This document shows positions 39,749 through 53,406 of a stretch of 64,000 bases of DNA, piece after piece (position 1 is the stretch's first letter; the number at the start of each line of letters is the position of its first letter). The notes below the pieces were generated by a model. The model was not told the origin of the DNA and made no database searches. It was given only the letters and a program-made list of their open reading frames with translations. A program made the translations under genes and the position numbers. The stretch is taken from the NCBI RefSeq assembly GCF_006345805.1, contig NC_043004.1, positions 64,356,001-64,420,000 of the forward strand, written 5' to 3'. This DNA is from Octopus sinensis. Taxonomy: Eukaryota.

Positions 39749-41649
39749 CTCTCAGCACATATATATATGTATATATCGAAATCAAATTTGATGACTGGCA
39801 TCCATGCTAGTGGAGTGCTAAGAGTACCATACAAGCGTGATCGTTGCCAGAGCAACAAACTCGCCTCCATGCTGGTGGCACGTAAAAAGCTCCATTCGAG
39901 CGTCATTGTTACCTGCATCGCCTTACTGGCACTTGTTTTCTGCTTATTACTTCTTCTATTATTTGGCTCATATTCCACATTCTAGATTATCCTGAGTTTA
40001 GTACCCTATGTAATTGAGTGGAGGGTGAAACCCCTCCACTGAGCCCAATTTTGGCTGCATGTCACTTTAGTATGCCCTCTTTTTGACTACGCACACACAC
40101 ACACACACACATATACAATGGGCTTCCATACAATTTATGTCAACCATATTCATCCACAAGGTATTTATCGGCCCAGGACTAAAATAAAAGTCACTTGTCC
40201 AAGGTGCTGTATAGTGGGACTGAACCTGAAACCATGTTGTTACAAAGCAAGCATGTACAGACATGGTTGTGCTGATAGTTTGTTACAGCGATTATATATA
40301 TATATACACATACATATATATATATATATACATCATCATCATCGTTTAACGTCCGCTTTCCATACTAGTATGGGTTGGATAATTTGACTGAGATCTGGCA
40401 AACCAGACAGATGCGCCAGGCTCCAATCTTGATCTGGCAGAGTTTCTACAGCTGGATGCCCTTCCTAATGCCAACCACTCCGAGAGTGTAGTGGGAGCTT
40501 TTACATGCCACCGGCACGAGGACCAGTCAGGCAGTACTGGCAATGGCCACGCTCAAATGGTGCTTTTTTATGTGCCACCTGCACAGGAGCCAGTCCAGTG
40601 GCACTGGCAACGACCTCGCTTGAATGTTTTTTCACCTGCCAATTGTGTCTGACATCATAACATCACATATTGTTTCTACTCAGTTATAAATGACAATGTC
40701 ACTATTTGTAGCTGAGCAGAAACTGATCATGTTTGTTGCCATTTCTTATCAATAAATCATAGCTCTGTGCTTTCAAATTCCTCTGGAATAAAAAAGAAAA
40801 ATTTCCTTTACTTGAAAAAGAATTAAGAGTTGGTGACAGGAAGAACATCTGGCTATGAAAATCCTGCCTTGATTCTCTCCTATCTAAATATACTAGCATG
40901 AAAAAATACCCAGATGTTAAAAAAAAGGAATGAACAAAAGTATGTGCAACATGTTCTGTCCAGAAGATAAACTGATATAGGTCTAGAAATGGTGTTGCAA
41001 TCTAGTGACCAGGCCAATACCAGAAACCTCAACCTAGATTGAATTAACAGTTAGGCTGTCCTGGATTTCCAGTTATGACAATGAGTGTTACAAGTGATTT
41101 GATCAACAGAACAGCCTACCTGTGAAGTTAACATGCAAGTGGCCGATCACTCCACAGGTATGTGTATCTTAAACATAGCTCTTGGTGAGATTCAGTGTGA
41201 CACAGAATATGACACATAATGTGACACGATGTGACAAGGCTGGCCTGTTGAATTACAGGTACAAGCCATTTTTTGCCAGCTGAGTGGACTGGTGCTACGT
41301 GAAATAAAGTGCGTTCCTGAAGGACATAATGCAACGCCAAGAATCGAACCTATGACCTTATGCTCCTGAGCCAAATACTCTAAGCACTAAGCCATGTGCC
41401 TTCACGGCAGTTACTCTAATCAAAGGGCGTGACTCAGTGCCTGATCACTCAGTACAATATAGAGATCAGTTCGGTATAATATGGAGAGACTTCATCCTCA
41501 ACAAAAACACCCGACTAAAACTTTGAAAAACCCTGATCTTATCAATAGCATTGTACAAATGTTAAGCATGGACCCTAAAGGTAACTGACCCAAAACAACT
41601 GATTATCAGGTTGATTAAACAACAACAATATAAAAACCATAGTGTGGTC

Positions 41650-41855
41650 AAACTCTTTGCAAATATTAACATTTCTGTTGTTCATATAAAGCTCTTTGAG
41701 ATGAGAATGATGTAATTTTTGGCACTACTCTGTTGTACCATTCTGTAAAGTCTACAGTAATTTGGAGATTAAGACAATGATCAATGCCAAAAGGTTTGGT
41801 GCCATTCCTTCTCTCTAAGAATTTCCAGATGTAAATAATTGCATATCTCTCCATT
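41650..41855 (-). pseudogene. CR1-group LINE ORF2 C-terminal fragment
   Basis: ERYAIIYIWKFLE matches the CR1-type RRERY.IIY.WKILEG motif; frameshifted afterwards. Confidence 0.65.
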
Positions 41856-42787
41856 ATTTGCTCTAGGGAATAAAGGAGGAGTATATATATATATATAAAA
41901 ATTCCTATTATCTACTTCGAGTTGTTGATGTTCTTGTTGGTTAAGTCAGCCAGTTTCGCTTTATGAACATTTTCCATATTCTAAAGCACGTACACGGGTA
42001 TATACAATATACATTATATAACCATACATATGTTGTGTAGGTGTATTTATACACAGATATATTTGATTAAAAGCATTAGTTACGTGTGTATCTGTATGTG
42101 TAAATATATGTACATATAGAGCTACTTACATGCGAACACATATTAGATCAAACATATACACACTCTCTCTCTCTCTCTATTCACATATATAATGTATATA
42201 TTGTACATATATATTTGTACATACTTCTGTGTGTAAATAGACACATGCGTATTTAACCTATGTATAAATTTGCATTCATTGTGCATATAGATTTGCTTAT
42301 ATCTCTATATATTTGTATATATAGGTGTGTGTGTGTGTGGATGGATGGATAGATAGATAGATAGATAGATAGATGTGTGTGTGTGCGTGTGTGTAAACAG
42401 TATTTCTTTGTGTTTCCATGCAAAAATGTGAAGTAGTCAATACACACCCAGGTTAGAAGCATATGGAATCTGCTATAATTGTGCATTTCTAAACAGGATT
42501 ATTTCCATCTTTATAAAGGTTTTGTGTGGCTGACATGATCCAACTTCTCTCATCATTTCATTGACAAAACTAACCATAAAAAAATTGATATGTCAGGCAA
42601 CGTAGGGGTGTTCATCACCTCTCATTGGTTGTCTGGTTTGGAAACATAATTCTTTCGGTGATTTCTAAATGTATTTGGGACATAGCTTCCATAACAATAG
42701 TATCCATTAAATTTGGCATATCTAATTACTTCAGCAGCCTGACATCCAACCATGTCATTAACATTTCAAACAGACCCACCTGCTGGC

Positions 42788-43160
42788 ATTTATCAAAATG
42801 AACAGACATTATCGACAGTGTCACTGCAACATCTGACCATGTGTGTATATATATGTGAATATATAGATACACACAGCTGAAGAGTTCCTGACTTTAAGGG
42901 TTTCATAATTAATTGATCAATTAATTATGATTTTAGTCAACAAATTCTCTTCTCAGATTCACACTCTAATTGCAGTGGTCCCTCAGTTTTTCTGAGCCCT
43001 GTAATAGAACTCGGAATGTTGGGCCTCCAGCCGGGCCCTTCATGAAACCCTTAAAGTCAGGAACTCTTCAGCTGTGTGTAGCTATATATTCACATATAGA
43101 TACACACATGGTCAGATGTTGCAGTTACACTGTCGATAATGTCTGTTCATTTTGATAAAT
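42788..43160. mobile_element. Fold-back element with ~129-bp arms, interrupted by a 111-bp insert
   Basis: Arms differ at 3 positions. A perfect 28-bp palindrome occupies 42903-42930; the insert 42931-43041 is flanked by ATGA direct repeats. Confidence 0.85.
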
Positions 43161-43440
43161 ATATACATATTTAAATAATGAGGGAGATAAATTAAAATTA
43201 ATTTTAATATCAATTTAAAACCAGTAGTCTAGCATACAAAAAATCTGAGAAGTCAGAGAAAATTCTAATATATGTGTATATTGGCAGGGCTGGACTGCTA
43301 GGTAGTCGGCCGTATGCTAGAAATAGATCATCAACGATCAAACTACAAAGAAAGTTCTCTAGAGGAAACATTCAGCGAACACCAGAACCAAATTTGGCGG
43401 GCAGGACAGATGAAAATTTATATAAAAAACAGAATTAATT

Positions 43441-43513
43441 GCATACCTCAGTTTCGGCCTTTAACAAAATAATTACTTACATAATTCAAATGTCCATGGC
43501 CTCATCAGACATA
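43441..43513 (-). ncRNA. Hammerhead motif (antisense); core intact, stem I replaced by a tandem duplication
   Basis: CUGAUGA ggcc [38-nt loop] ggcc GAAAC UGAG GUA/ ugc. A 30-bp unit at 43479-43508 is repeated at 43509-43537. Confidence 0.6.
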
Positions 43514-43532
43514 ATTCAAATGTCCGTGGCCT

Positions 43533-43569
<37 letters not shown>

Positions 43570-44374
43570 GTTTGTGAAGGCATGCAACCTAATGGTTAGG
43601 GCATTGCTCAACCAATTGCAAGATCAGGGTTTCAATTCCCAGACTCGTAGTGCTTTGTGTTCTTGAGTAAACTACTTTGTTTCATGTTGCTCCAGTCCAC
43701 TCAGCTATAAATAGGTGACCCTATTTACAGCTGTAAATAGGTGGCACAAGGCCCAAAAGTTTTGGCGAAAGAGGCCAGTTGATTAGATCAACCCCAGTAC
43801 TTCCCTGGTACTTAATTTATCAATCTCGAAAGGATGAAAGGCAAACTCGACCTCGGTGGAATTTGAAATCAGAATGTAAAAACAGACGAAATACCACTAA
43901 GCATTTCACCTGGCATGCTAACGTTCCTGCCAGTCAGGAGGCAAAATTTTTGCCCACACCACCATGCCTGTACCTAATAAATATGCACATACACCCCCCA
44001 CACACATGCAGATCAGCCTCCACTAATTCAGTGATCCACTAAAAAGAGATGCCACAATACAGGACATAGAAAAATGCTCCACAAAAAATAGAACCTTCAG
44101 CTCTGATGCTGGTACCCAAGCATGCCCTAAGCATTCACAGATGAAACAAAGTGATGAATTAGATACACACACATGCACACCCTCATACAGCTATGTATGA
44201 GATGTATATACACCCTAAATTTATTAATTACTTTTGATACCTACATTTCTCTCCTCACCTCTCAACCATCTCTGGCCTTCCTGTTGTCATTGTTCGCTCT
44301 CCAAGTTTACATTTACTGTGTACAAGCCCCACACCAACCCATCTATTGTTCCCTGAAATGTGAAACAGCAGCAA

Positions 44375-44645
44375 CATGTGATGAATGAATGCCTTTATGG
44401 AGACCTGCTAAAAGTTCGCAAAGAAATCAGGTAAGGATGGTTGTGACTATCTGGTCACTGCATGCACCACCCTGAACTGGAAGCATACAAATTATTCTTT
44501 GGGAAGCCACTTCATGGTGATGTAAAAAGAGGAAAACATCATCACACTTATAGTGACAACTTAATTGCAGACACTAGCCTGGAATGTATCCAGGGCCTTG
44601 AGAGAGCGATTTTGGACCAAGAAGTATGATGGGTGAACTTTGTTG
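44375..44645 (+). pseudogene. RTE/RTEX-clade LINE ORF2 C-terminal fragment
   Basis: MNECLYGDLLKVRKEIR*GWL*LSGHCMHHPELEAYKLFFGKPLHGDVKRGKHHHTYSDNL resembles LYG.LP..S..IR.RRLR.AGHC.RHPE. Confidence 0.7.
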
Positions 44646-45327
44646 TTGTGGTCCAGGTTTTAACCCAGCCATAATAATAATAAAATATTGTGCATGCTGT
44701 AAAATGGCTGGCCAAAGGAGAAGTGAAAAGAAGGGTTATGAAATCTTCCAAACTGGGTCCCACCTTGGTCTGTTTAACTTTGACTTCTCCAGCATTAATA
44801 CTGTGAGAAAAGTAGCAAGTGCATTCTGTGAAGTGGCTGATGTCAGGAAGGGCATCCAGCCATAGGAACCAAATCCAATTGAGAGACGTAAGCATCTAGT
44901 CTTTGGGAGTAGCAATCTCCAATGGGAGGCGACTCAAGAATGCGATGACCTTTCCAGTCCATAGAAAATGAAGGTAGGAGGATGACAATGAAATGAACGG
45001 AGGGACATATTTACTTTGTGAGGGAATTTGGAAGATGGATACTGACAGTCATACGCACACACGTATAGAAAAAAAAAGATATGTAGCTAGAAAGAGAGAC
45101 AGATATGTGCTTGTGTGTGCGCAGGCACACGTGTCTTTGTGTTTGTTTTATCCACACTATTGACTGACAATCAGTGTTGATTTATTTAGGGCCCCTTGTA
45201 ACCTAACATTTCAGCAAAAAGTTACTGATAGATTAAATAACAAATTTAAAATAAACATTTGGGTAGATTTTTTTCAAGGCAGAACAACAAATAAAACAGA
45301 TGACATAGATAGATAGATAGATAGATA

Positions 45328-47752
45328 ACTTTTTATTATGGCCACACAGGGCTAAACACAGAATAAAAATGGACGAAATACAATGTAGAGTTTTTCTTTT
45401 CGAGGTGGGATGGGTGGGACATACGAAGAGAAAAAAAACGTTCGATCAATAGGGATCTGTGGGATGTGTGGTGTATAAAAATATAATACATATATATATA
45501 AATAAAGTTCACAGTTTAGGTGTAGCCCTGGAAAGAAAAAACCTACAAGAAAGACCAAGGTCACCTCAGACAGTTCGAAAAAGAACACATGAGTAAGTCG
45601 CCTTACCTCTCGTTGTCTCTTTTGGTTACAGATTTACGCTTAAAATAGTGTCGTCTTTCATATTGACCATTTTTGCCACTTTTACCCACTTTTTATTAAA
45701 ACATTTGTTCGACAAAGCCTTCCTCTCTATTCTCATCCTCCTTTTCAAGTGGTACTTGAAAAAGTTGACGAGAGACTGACCAGAGAGGAAGGTGTTTGTT
45801 TGCAGTCCTTTCAAATGCGTCCACCACACACATTCTTTTGCCATAGACATCAGCGTAACGAAAACCGTTATTCACGATAGACTCGGCCGATAAGCGGGCC
45901 CGTCCTACACGCGACAACAGCTGTTCGACGAAGGTCCACAGCTTTGAAATATCTGGACACTGCACGAGTGCATGCAGAACGGTTTCGTTGCTCTGATCGC
46001 ATCTCGGGCAGGTCGGTCCGGTGATGGTTTTCGAACCGTGCCTGCAGCTCTTCTCTTGAACAGGTAGTGCGTCTCAATAGCATTGCCAAGCCAGGGATCT
46101 CTGGAAGTTATCCATAGGCCCCGGCCCGAACATCGTCCTGAAAAGGCGGGTTAGAAATTTCTCGTCGATGCCCAGGTTTGCCCCGAGTGTGTCGTCGGAT
46201 CTCCCCTACACTAGTCCTCTATAGAACGCTTATGTCGTTTGTAAGTTGCACAAGTTTGACCCTGGTCGGCAGAGCTGCTGTACAGCTTGGCGACACTCTC
46301 GGTGCCAATTGCCCAGTTTCGGTCTCTTCTTGATCCACGTTTGCAGATCGATCAGTGAGATGAGCTGCGGGAAGGCACGCCTCACAAACAGTGCCCACAC
46401 CTGTTCACCGTCATCGATGAAGTTCCAGAGATGTCGCAGTCTCAGCACATGCCTGCGCATCATCAACCACGGCATGCCTAGTCCTCCATTCAACGGATAT
46501 TGACAGCAAATGGACCTCCTCACCTTTGGAACGCCACCCTTCCACAGGAAGCGGAAGAGTATGCGTTCAAGTTTGGTGATGGTGGCGTCGGGACAAGGCA
46601 CGACGGTCAGGCAGTAATCGATGACGGATGCGATGTACGCGTTCGCCACCTCCGCCCGACCTTTTAGAGACAGCTTTCTCTCAGTCCATGTTTAGCTGAG
46701 AGCGACCACTCTACTCGTGATCTCGTCCCAGTTCTTATCCATTTGGAGGTCCGGACTGAACCAGACCCCGAGCAATTTAACCGGTCCGTCCGTCCAGCGT
46801 CCCACTACTGAGCCACAGTCGGACGGCATGGGCTTGCTTCTCCAGGTGTCGAGTAGCAAACCCACTGACTTTTCCGGGTTAATCTTTGCTCCCGTCACCG
46901 TTTCGTATTTTCTTAGTGTCTCGCCTATCATCTGGATGTGTTTTTCGCTCGACACTATGACGGTGACATCATCCGCATATGCTGACACGCTCGTCCCGCA
47001 ACCCAGTTCCCGTGGGATGCCTCTCAGTGTCACCAGCTTCCGCAGTAGCGGCTCGAGAGTCAATACATACAGAAGCGCCGACAGGAGACACCCCTGACAG
47101 ACCGAACGCGTGATGTCAAACGGTTTCGACAGGTGGCCGCTCACCCGAATCACCAATCGAATGCCGCTATACAAGGCAGCGATCCAACCGCGGAAGACGG
47201 GACCGAAGCCAACCGCCCTGAGGACGGCCGCCAAGTACCGATGGTCGACCCTATTGAAGGATTTAGACTGATCCAAATTGATCAGCGCCCCACCCATGCC
47301 AGGATCCTTAACTACCCTGTCCACAATGTAGCGCATCAGATGGAGGTTGTCATTTATGGTTCTGCCCGGCACGACGCATGTTTGCGCCGTGTCGACCAGT
47401 TTACCAATGACAAGCGCCAACCTCTCGGCTATTACTTTGGCCAAAATTTTCAAATCTGCGTTGAGCAGAGTGATGGGCCTGAAATTATCTATAAAATTCC
47501 CCTTGTTTGGGTCTTTCTTCAGCAACGTCACCGCACCTCGGCTCACGAAACCGGGGATTCTCCCGTTTTGTTGCCAGTTGCAGTAGACTGATGCCAAGAG
47601 GTCGCCAAACAAGTCTGGCATTTGACAATACAGCTCGTAGGGTAAACCATCCAATCCAGGCGACTTATCCCTCGCAGCCCGCCATCGCACCCCGCACGTC
47701 AGCGGCTGTGATGGGACTTTCACAACACTCCGCTTCTCTTGCCGAGAGCCAC
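45328..47752 (-). mobile_element. Tx1/L1-clade non-LTR retrotransposon copy A; 5'-truncated, frameshifted ORF2 (RT plus C-terminal region)
   Basis: KSPGLDGLPYELY, FRPITLLNADLKILAK, QGCLLS and YADD (46968-46979). ORF2 is split over at least five frames and ends at ~45626. AATAAA at 45332-45337 (minus), followed by (TATC)n at 45305-45327. Confidence 0.92.
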
Positions 47753-47798
47753 GGTAGGTCGGTATGTAGGTAGATAGATAGATAGATAGATAGATAGA

Positions 47799-48352
47799 TG
47801 TGTTTCTTTAATAGCCACACAGGGCTGCACACAGACAGGACAAATTACAAGGTAGAGCTTTTCTTTTGGGGGTCAAAAAAGGGGGTTTGGTTTTCGATCA
47901 ACAGGGATTGTAAAAGGAAAGAAAGAGGACAAAAAGGGGGGGGGATAAAATTAAAAAAAAGAGGGGGATTGATCAATAGGGACCGTCATCACAGAAATGT
48001 CAATATGAAGTGTAAAGGGGAGGACAGGTGAGGTTTACCCGTGGAAAGAAAAGCCTACGGAAAAGACCACGGTAACGTCGGTCAATGAAGTCACATGTTA
48101 TATTTCTTTTTTTTTTTTTTGCAAATAAACAATTCTCTGTATTAATTTTTACAGTTCATAGAATCATAGTCAAGGTGGCTTCGTCATTCATACGTGCCAT
48201 CCTTGCTACATTCACCCATCTTTTTTTAAAACATTCACTAGACAAAACTTGCCTCTCTACTCTCACTTTCTTCTTCAAGTGATACTTGAAGAAGTTGATG
48301 AGAGATTGACCAGAGAGGAAAGTGCTTGTCTCTAATCCTTTCAGGCGAGTCC
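47799..48352 (-). mobile_element. Tx1-like copy B; ORF2 C-terminus plus 3' UTR
   Basis: TRLKGLETSTFLSGQSLINFFKYHLKKK...ATLTMIL*; 3' end cagccctgtgtggctattaaagaaacaca then (TATC)n at ~47769-47798. Closely similar to copy D. Confidence 0.9.
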
Positions 48353-48470
48353 TTTCTTTTATTAGCCACACAGGGCTGAATACAGAGGGGACAAATACAA
48401 ATGTAGAGCTTTTCTTTTCGAGGGTGGAAAAGAAAAAGGAAAATAAATTTAAGGTTTCGATCAAAAGGGA
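48353..48470 (-). mobile_element. Tx1-like copy C; 3' UTR only
   Basis: Same terminal cagccctgtgtggctaataaaagaaag, fused directly to the truncated 5' end of copy B; its own 5' end abuts (GATA)5 at ~48470-48493. Confidence 0.8.
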
Positions 48471-48515
48471 TAGATAGATAGATAGATAGATAGTGTTTGC
48501 GTGTGTGTACGTGTG

Positions 48516-48559
<44 letters not shown>

Positions 48560-49240
48560 CACAAACACACATACGCTACTGTAAACAAAGCATAACTCCA
48601 TCGTCCCCATTCTAGTATGAAAGAACACTTGTCACACAAAACACCGCTGCTCGCCTATCACGGAACATTCTCGAATAGCACAATTAATTTTAGTTGTCAC
48701 CGCTTCTTGTCGCAAGTCCAAGGGACATAACTCAAATCCATTTTTTAAAACCCAGCATCTTCTCTCCATCTTGGATTTCTTCTCATCAGTTTAGGAATAT
48801 TTCCTTAAATATCTTTCAAAATACCAACATAATAATAATAATAGCTATTATTATTATATTACATGTATAATGATGATAAACGAAGTAAAATAAAACATCT
48901 CAAGCTAGACTATTTAAATGGAAAATTGTCTCTTTGGGTTTTATGTTTGCATGTATGTGTGTGTTTGTATGTGTGTGTGTGTTTGTATGTATGTGTGTGT
49001 TTGTATGTGTGTGTGTTTGTATGTGTGTGTATATAGAAGGCTTTATTGAAATCTCACATTTCCCTTTTCGTATTTTATTGAATTATCTCCCTAATAAACG
49101 AATTTATGAAGAATTAAATAGACACTAATACTGTTCCCCTCCTACCCGTATCCCCACTGCCATACACACACAGCCCTGCCAGTAGCATTTCTTTATAATG
49201 GGGAATATTAAATTAACGTGTTTGACTGCCCTCTCTCTCA

Positions 49241-49273
<33 letters not shown>

Positions 49274-49374
49274 TCTCACTCTCTCTCTGTCTCTTCGTCT
49301 CTTTCTACATGTGTGTGTTATTTGTATATATATGTATGTGTCCATATATGTATACTTGTATGTTTGTGTATAAC

Positions 49375-49425
<51 letters not shown>

Positions 49426-49630
49426 ATATCTATGTACGTATTTATGCATATGTGTGTGTGTAAGTGTAAAATGTGCAGATGCATGTATGTATATCTCTTT
49501 AAGAATGTATGAGTGTGCCTAACAAATATCAGATTTATATGTGTGTTTGTGTGTGTGCATACAACACATTTACATACACAAAATGTTAGAAAAACATCAG
49601 TTTCAAAGAATGGTTTTATTTATATGTATG

Positions 49631-49667
<37 letters not shown>

Positions 49668-50059
49668 ATATATGTATATATAAACTAAAGCAAAAAAATT
49701 ATCTAACTAAAAAATAGTAATAAAAAATAAATTTAAAAAAACAAGAAAAGAAATAAAATAAAATGCCTTATTAATTATTCAATGTATTTATTTTTATGTT
49801 TTTAATTTATTTTTTCTCCTCCTTTATTCTGTCTTTTGATTTCTGTCCTATCTCTGTTGTTGTTTCCTTTTTCCAACATTTTTTTTGTGAGCATTTTTTA
49901 TTTTGTTTTTGTGGGTCATTTTTTATTTTTGTTAACGTTGTTGTTGTTGTTTTTATTATCAAAAGGAATTCTTTTTTTTTAATGTCTTTTTAGCCAGCCC
50001 TTGCAAGAAAATGGTAGAATTGCACTTCTTGGACACAACTTTTACAATTCCACCTCCAC

Positions 50060-50094
<35 letters not shown>

Positions 50095-51317
50095 GTCTCT
50101 TTGCTATTACAATGATATTTTCTTCAACTCCGTTTCCGGACGAGCCTCACCCGTCACAACAACAGCACTCTCCCATCACACACACACACACACACACACA
50201 CAGAGTGTCTATTGTATACACATACACAACCCCCACCCCTGCTGTCATGGCCAATATCATCGTCTCCCTCACCACCACAGTTTCACTATGTTTTCTCCAC
50301 AAACAACTCACACCACCACCACCACACACACACACAAATAATCTGTGGAAAAATGATAAAAATACTAAAGAATCAAGTTAGAGAGGGAATATAAATAATG
50401 AATAAAAGTCATATAAAATATAGAACAAGTCTTCAACACAGACTTTAAAATGAGACATTAAACAGAATAAATTAGCAGATAAAAAGGATATATGGTATAA
50501 AAAATATACACACATCACTGTGTTTATGTGTGTATATACATATATATGTGTGTGTGTGTGTGTGTGTCAATATCTATATACGTATGTATATTAATGTGTT
50601 TGTATGTGTGTATGTGTGTGCATGAATGTGTGTATGTATGTATGCGTGTGTGCATATGTATGTATGTGTGTATGTGTGTGTGCATATGTGTGTGCGTGTA
50701 TATATGTATGTGTGTTTGTATATGTATATATGTATGTGCATGTGTATGTATATATATATATGTATGTATGTGCGTATATATGTATGTGAGTGTGTATATG
50801 TGTGTTTGTGTGCATATATATGTGTGTATAAATGTGTGTGTGTATATGTATATATGTATGTGCATGTGTGTGTATGTATGTATATATATGTTTGTATGTG
50901 TGTCTGCATGTACATGAATATTGTGTGTGTGTGTGTGTGTGCTTAGATAAAAATATATCTAAAGACAGACCGAGGTACACACCTATAAAGAACCATCCAA
51001 GTAACAAAAAAATACAGCAAAAAATACACACAGAAAAATACAGCAAAAAATACATACGTTTCATTAACTATATAACTGTAGAGTCTATTAACTAGTTTAA
51101 TGTTTAGCAATTAAGATTATTATTATTATGTATATGCGAGTGTATAGATAAATAAGCCATATAAATTATATATAGATATGTGTATATGTATATATACATG
51201 CATCTGTGTATATATACATACGTGTGTGTGTTTGTATGTGTATTAGATATATATGCTAAATATATGTATGCATATATATATATATATATATATGACACAA
51301 TACAATATATAATTATG

Positions 51318-51354
<37 letters not shown>

Positions 51355-51458
51355 GTGTTATATATACATATATTTATATATAATACATTCATTATGGTTA
51401 AGTGAAAAGGTGTAGTACAAATGACCTTTACTGGACTTCCATATCTGTCTCTCCTTCT

Positions 51459-51498
<40 letters not shown>

Positions 51499-51890
51499 CA
51501 TACACACACTCACACACACACACATATATACAATAGACCTATGCACACCCATCAACATACCATGCCTATAATAACTGAGTCTTGTCAATTCCTTTTAGTG
51601 GAATAAATTTTCATCTTATCAAGCAATAAATTTTTTTCTCTCTCTCAAGTATTATTATCCTTTATTTATTTATTGCTATTTTTATTTTTATTCTTAAAAG
51701 AATAAACGGTTATTGATGCTACTTCTGGGCATTTCCTTATCTTTAGAATACTTTGCTTATTGACTCAAACAAAGAACTGAAGAAGATGAAGAAGAAGAAG
51801 AAAGAAAAGTGGGAAAACATACCCACTTTCTGTTACATTCATAGTTGTGATGTGTGTTTGTGATATAAGATGTATATGCATGAACTTATA

Positions 51891-51925
<35 letters not shown>

Positions 51926-52258
51926 CGTGTGTGTGTGTATATATATTATATATGTATGGATCTATATAGTATATAAATTGTGTGTGTGTGTGTATATATA
52001 TAGCATATATATATAAACACAAATAGTATATATATCTACTTATATATATATATCTATATATATATATATATATATAGGCACACACATAAACACAGTGCAA
52101 ACACAACATGTATATACATATGTACACATATATATGTACACATATATATGTACAGACACCTTCACCTACAAAAAAAAAGGAGTATTACTTTTTGCAAATT
52201 TGCAATTTTTTCTATAGTTTTCTCACACACACACATACACATATACACATTTGTATGC

Positions 52259-52291
<33 letters not shown>

Positions 52292-52613
52292 TATGCCTTT
52301 GTATCTGACAAGATACACACACATATGTATGCTTGAGCATCTGTGTGTGTGTGTGTTATTTAGTTTGTACTTCTTGTCAACTTGTATTTTCAATCACATT
52401 TCTCAGTTATAGCCAATCATATCTTTTTTTTTTCTTTTTGCTGCTTTCCCAAAGTCATATTTTTGGGTTTTTGTCATTCTTTTTCTTTGTTACATAAACT
52501 TTGTTTTTTAAAAAAAATTCATCTGGTTCGTTTCCTTTTTCCTTTCTATCTATCTTATTTCTCTTAGTTTTTGAAATATACTATTGTGTCAGATAAATAT
52601 AGTTGTTGAGCAT

Positions 52614-52649
<36 letters not shown>

Positions 52650-52997
52650 ATATTGGTGCAATGTGGTTATAGACAAGAATTGTAGTAAGATACATAGATA
52701 CCTGCAGGAATTCTGAGGTAGATATATGCATATATCATCACTATAAGGAATGGATATGTGTATGTGTGTGTGTGTGTATGTATGTATGTATATATGTGTG
52801 TTTGTGTGTGTATGTATATATGTATATTATATATATACTTGTGTATGTACATATATGTGTGTATATATATATATGTATGTATGTGTGTATGTATTGCAAG
52901 GATGATCTGGTTCTTGACTGAAGATTGAAGGCTTCGAATGACCCGTCCATGTTTTTTGTATAGTTTTCTGAATGTTTTGCATTCTTGTTCCATTTTG

Positions 52998-53045
<48 letters not shown>

Positions 53046-53373
53046 CAAATGCTATATGGGGAACTTGTGAATGGAAGGAGACTGTGTCAAGTCCTCATTA
53101 AAGGTCTGTGATATGCAGGAGAATGACTGGGAGAGCAATGCCTGACATCGTCACAGATGGAGGAAGCAGGTTAAGGAGGGGTCGACCCTTTTGAGAGAGA
53201 AAATTATGCAGCATGAAGAACTTAAGCGAGCTGTGCGAAAGCACACTGGTGGTGTAGTGAATGGGGAAAGTGTGTGTATGTGTGTATATATATATAATAT
53301 ATATATATATGTGTATGTATGTATATATGTGTATGTATGTGTATACATGTATGTATATATATGTATATATATA

Positions 53374-53406
<33 letters not shown>

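Noticed and set aside
41947-41998. Half hammerhead on the minus strand (gcuuua/uaaagc stem followed by GAAAC)
   Set aside because: No CUGANGA core and no NUH triplet in place.
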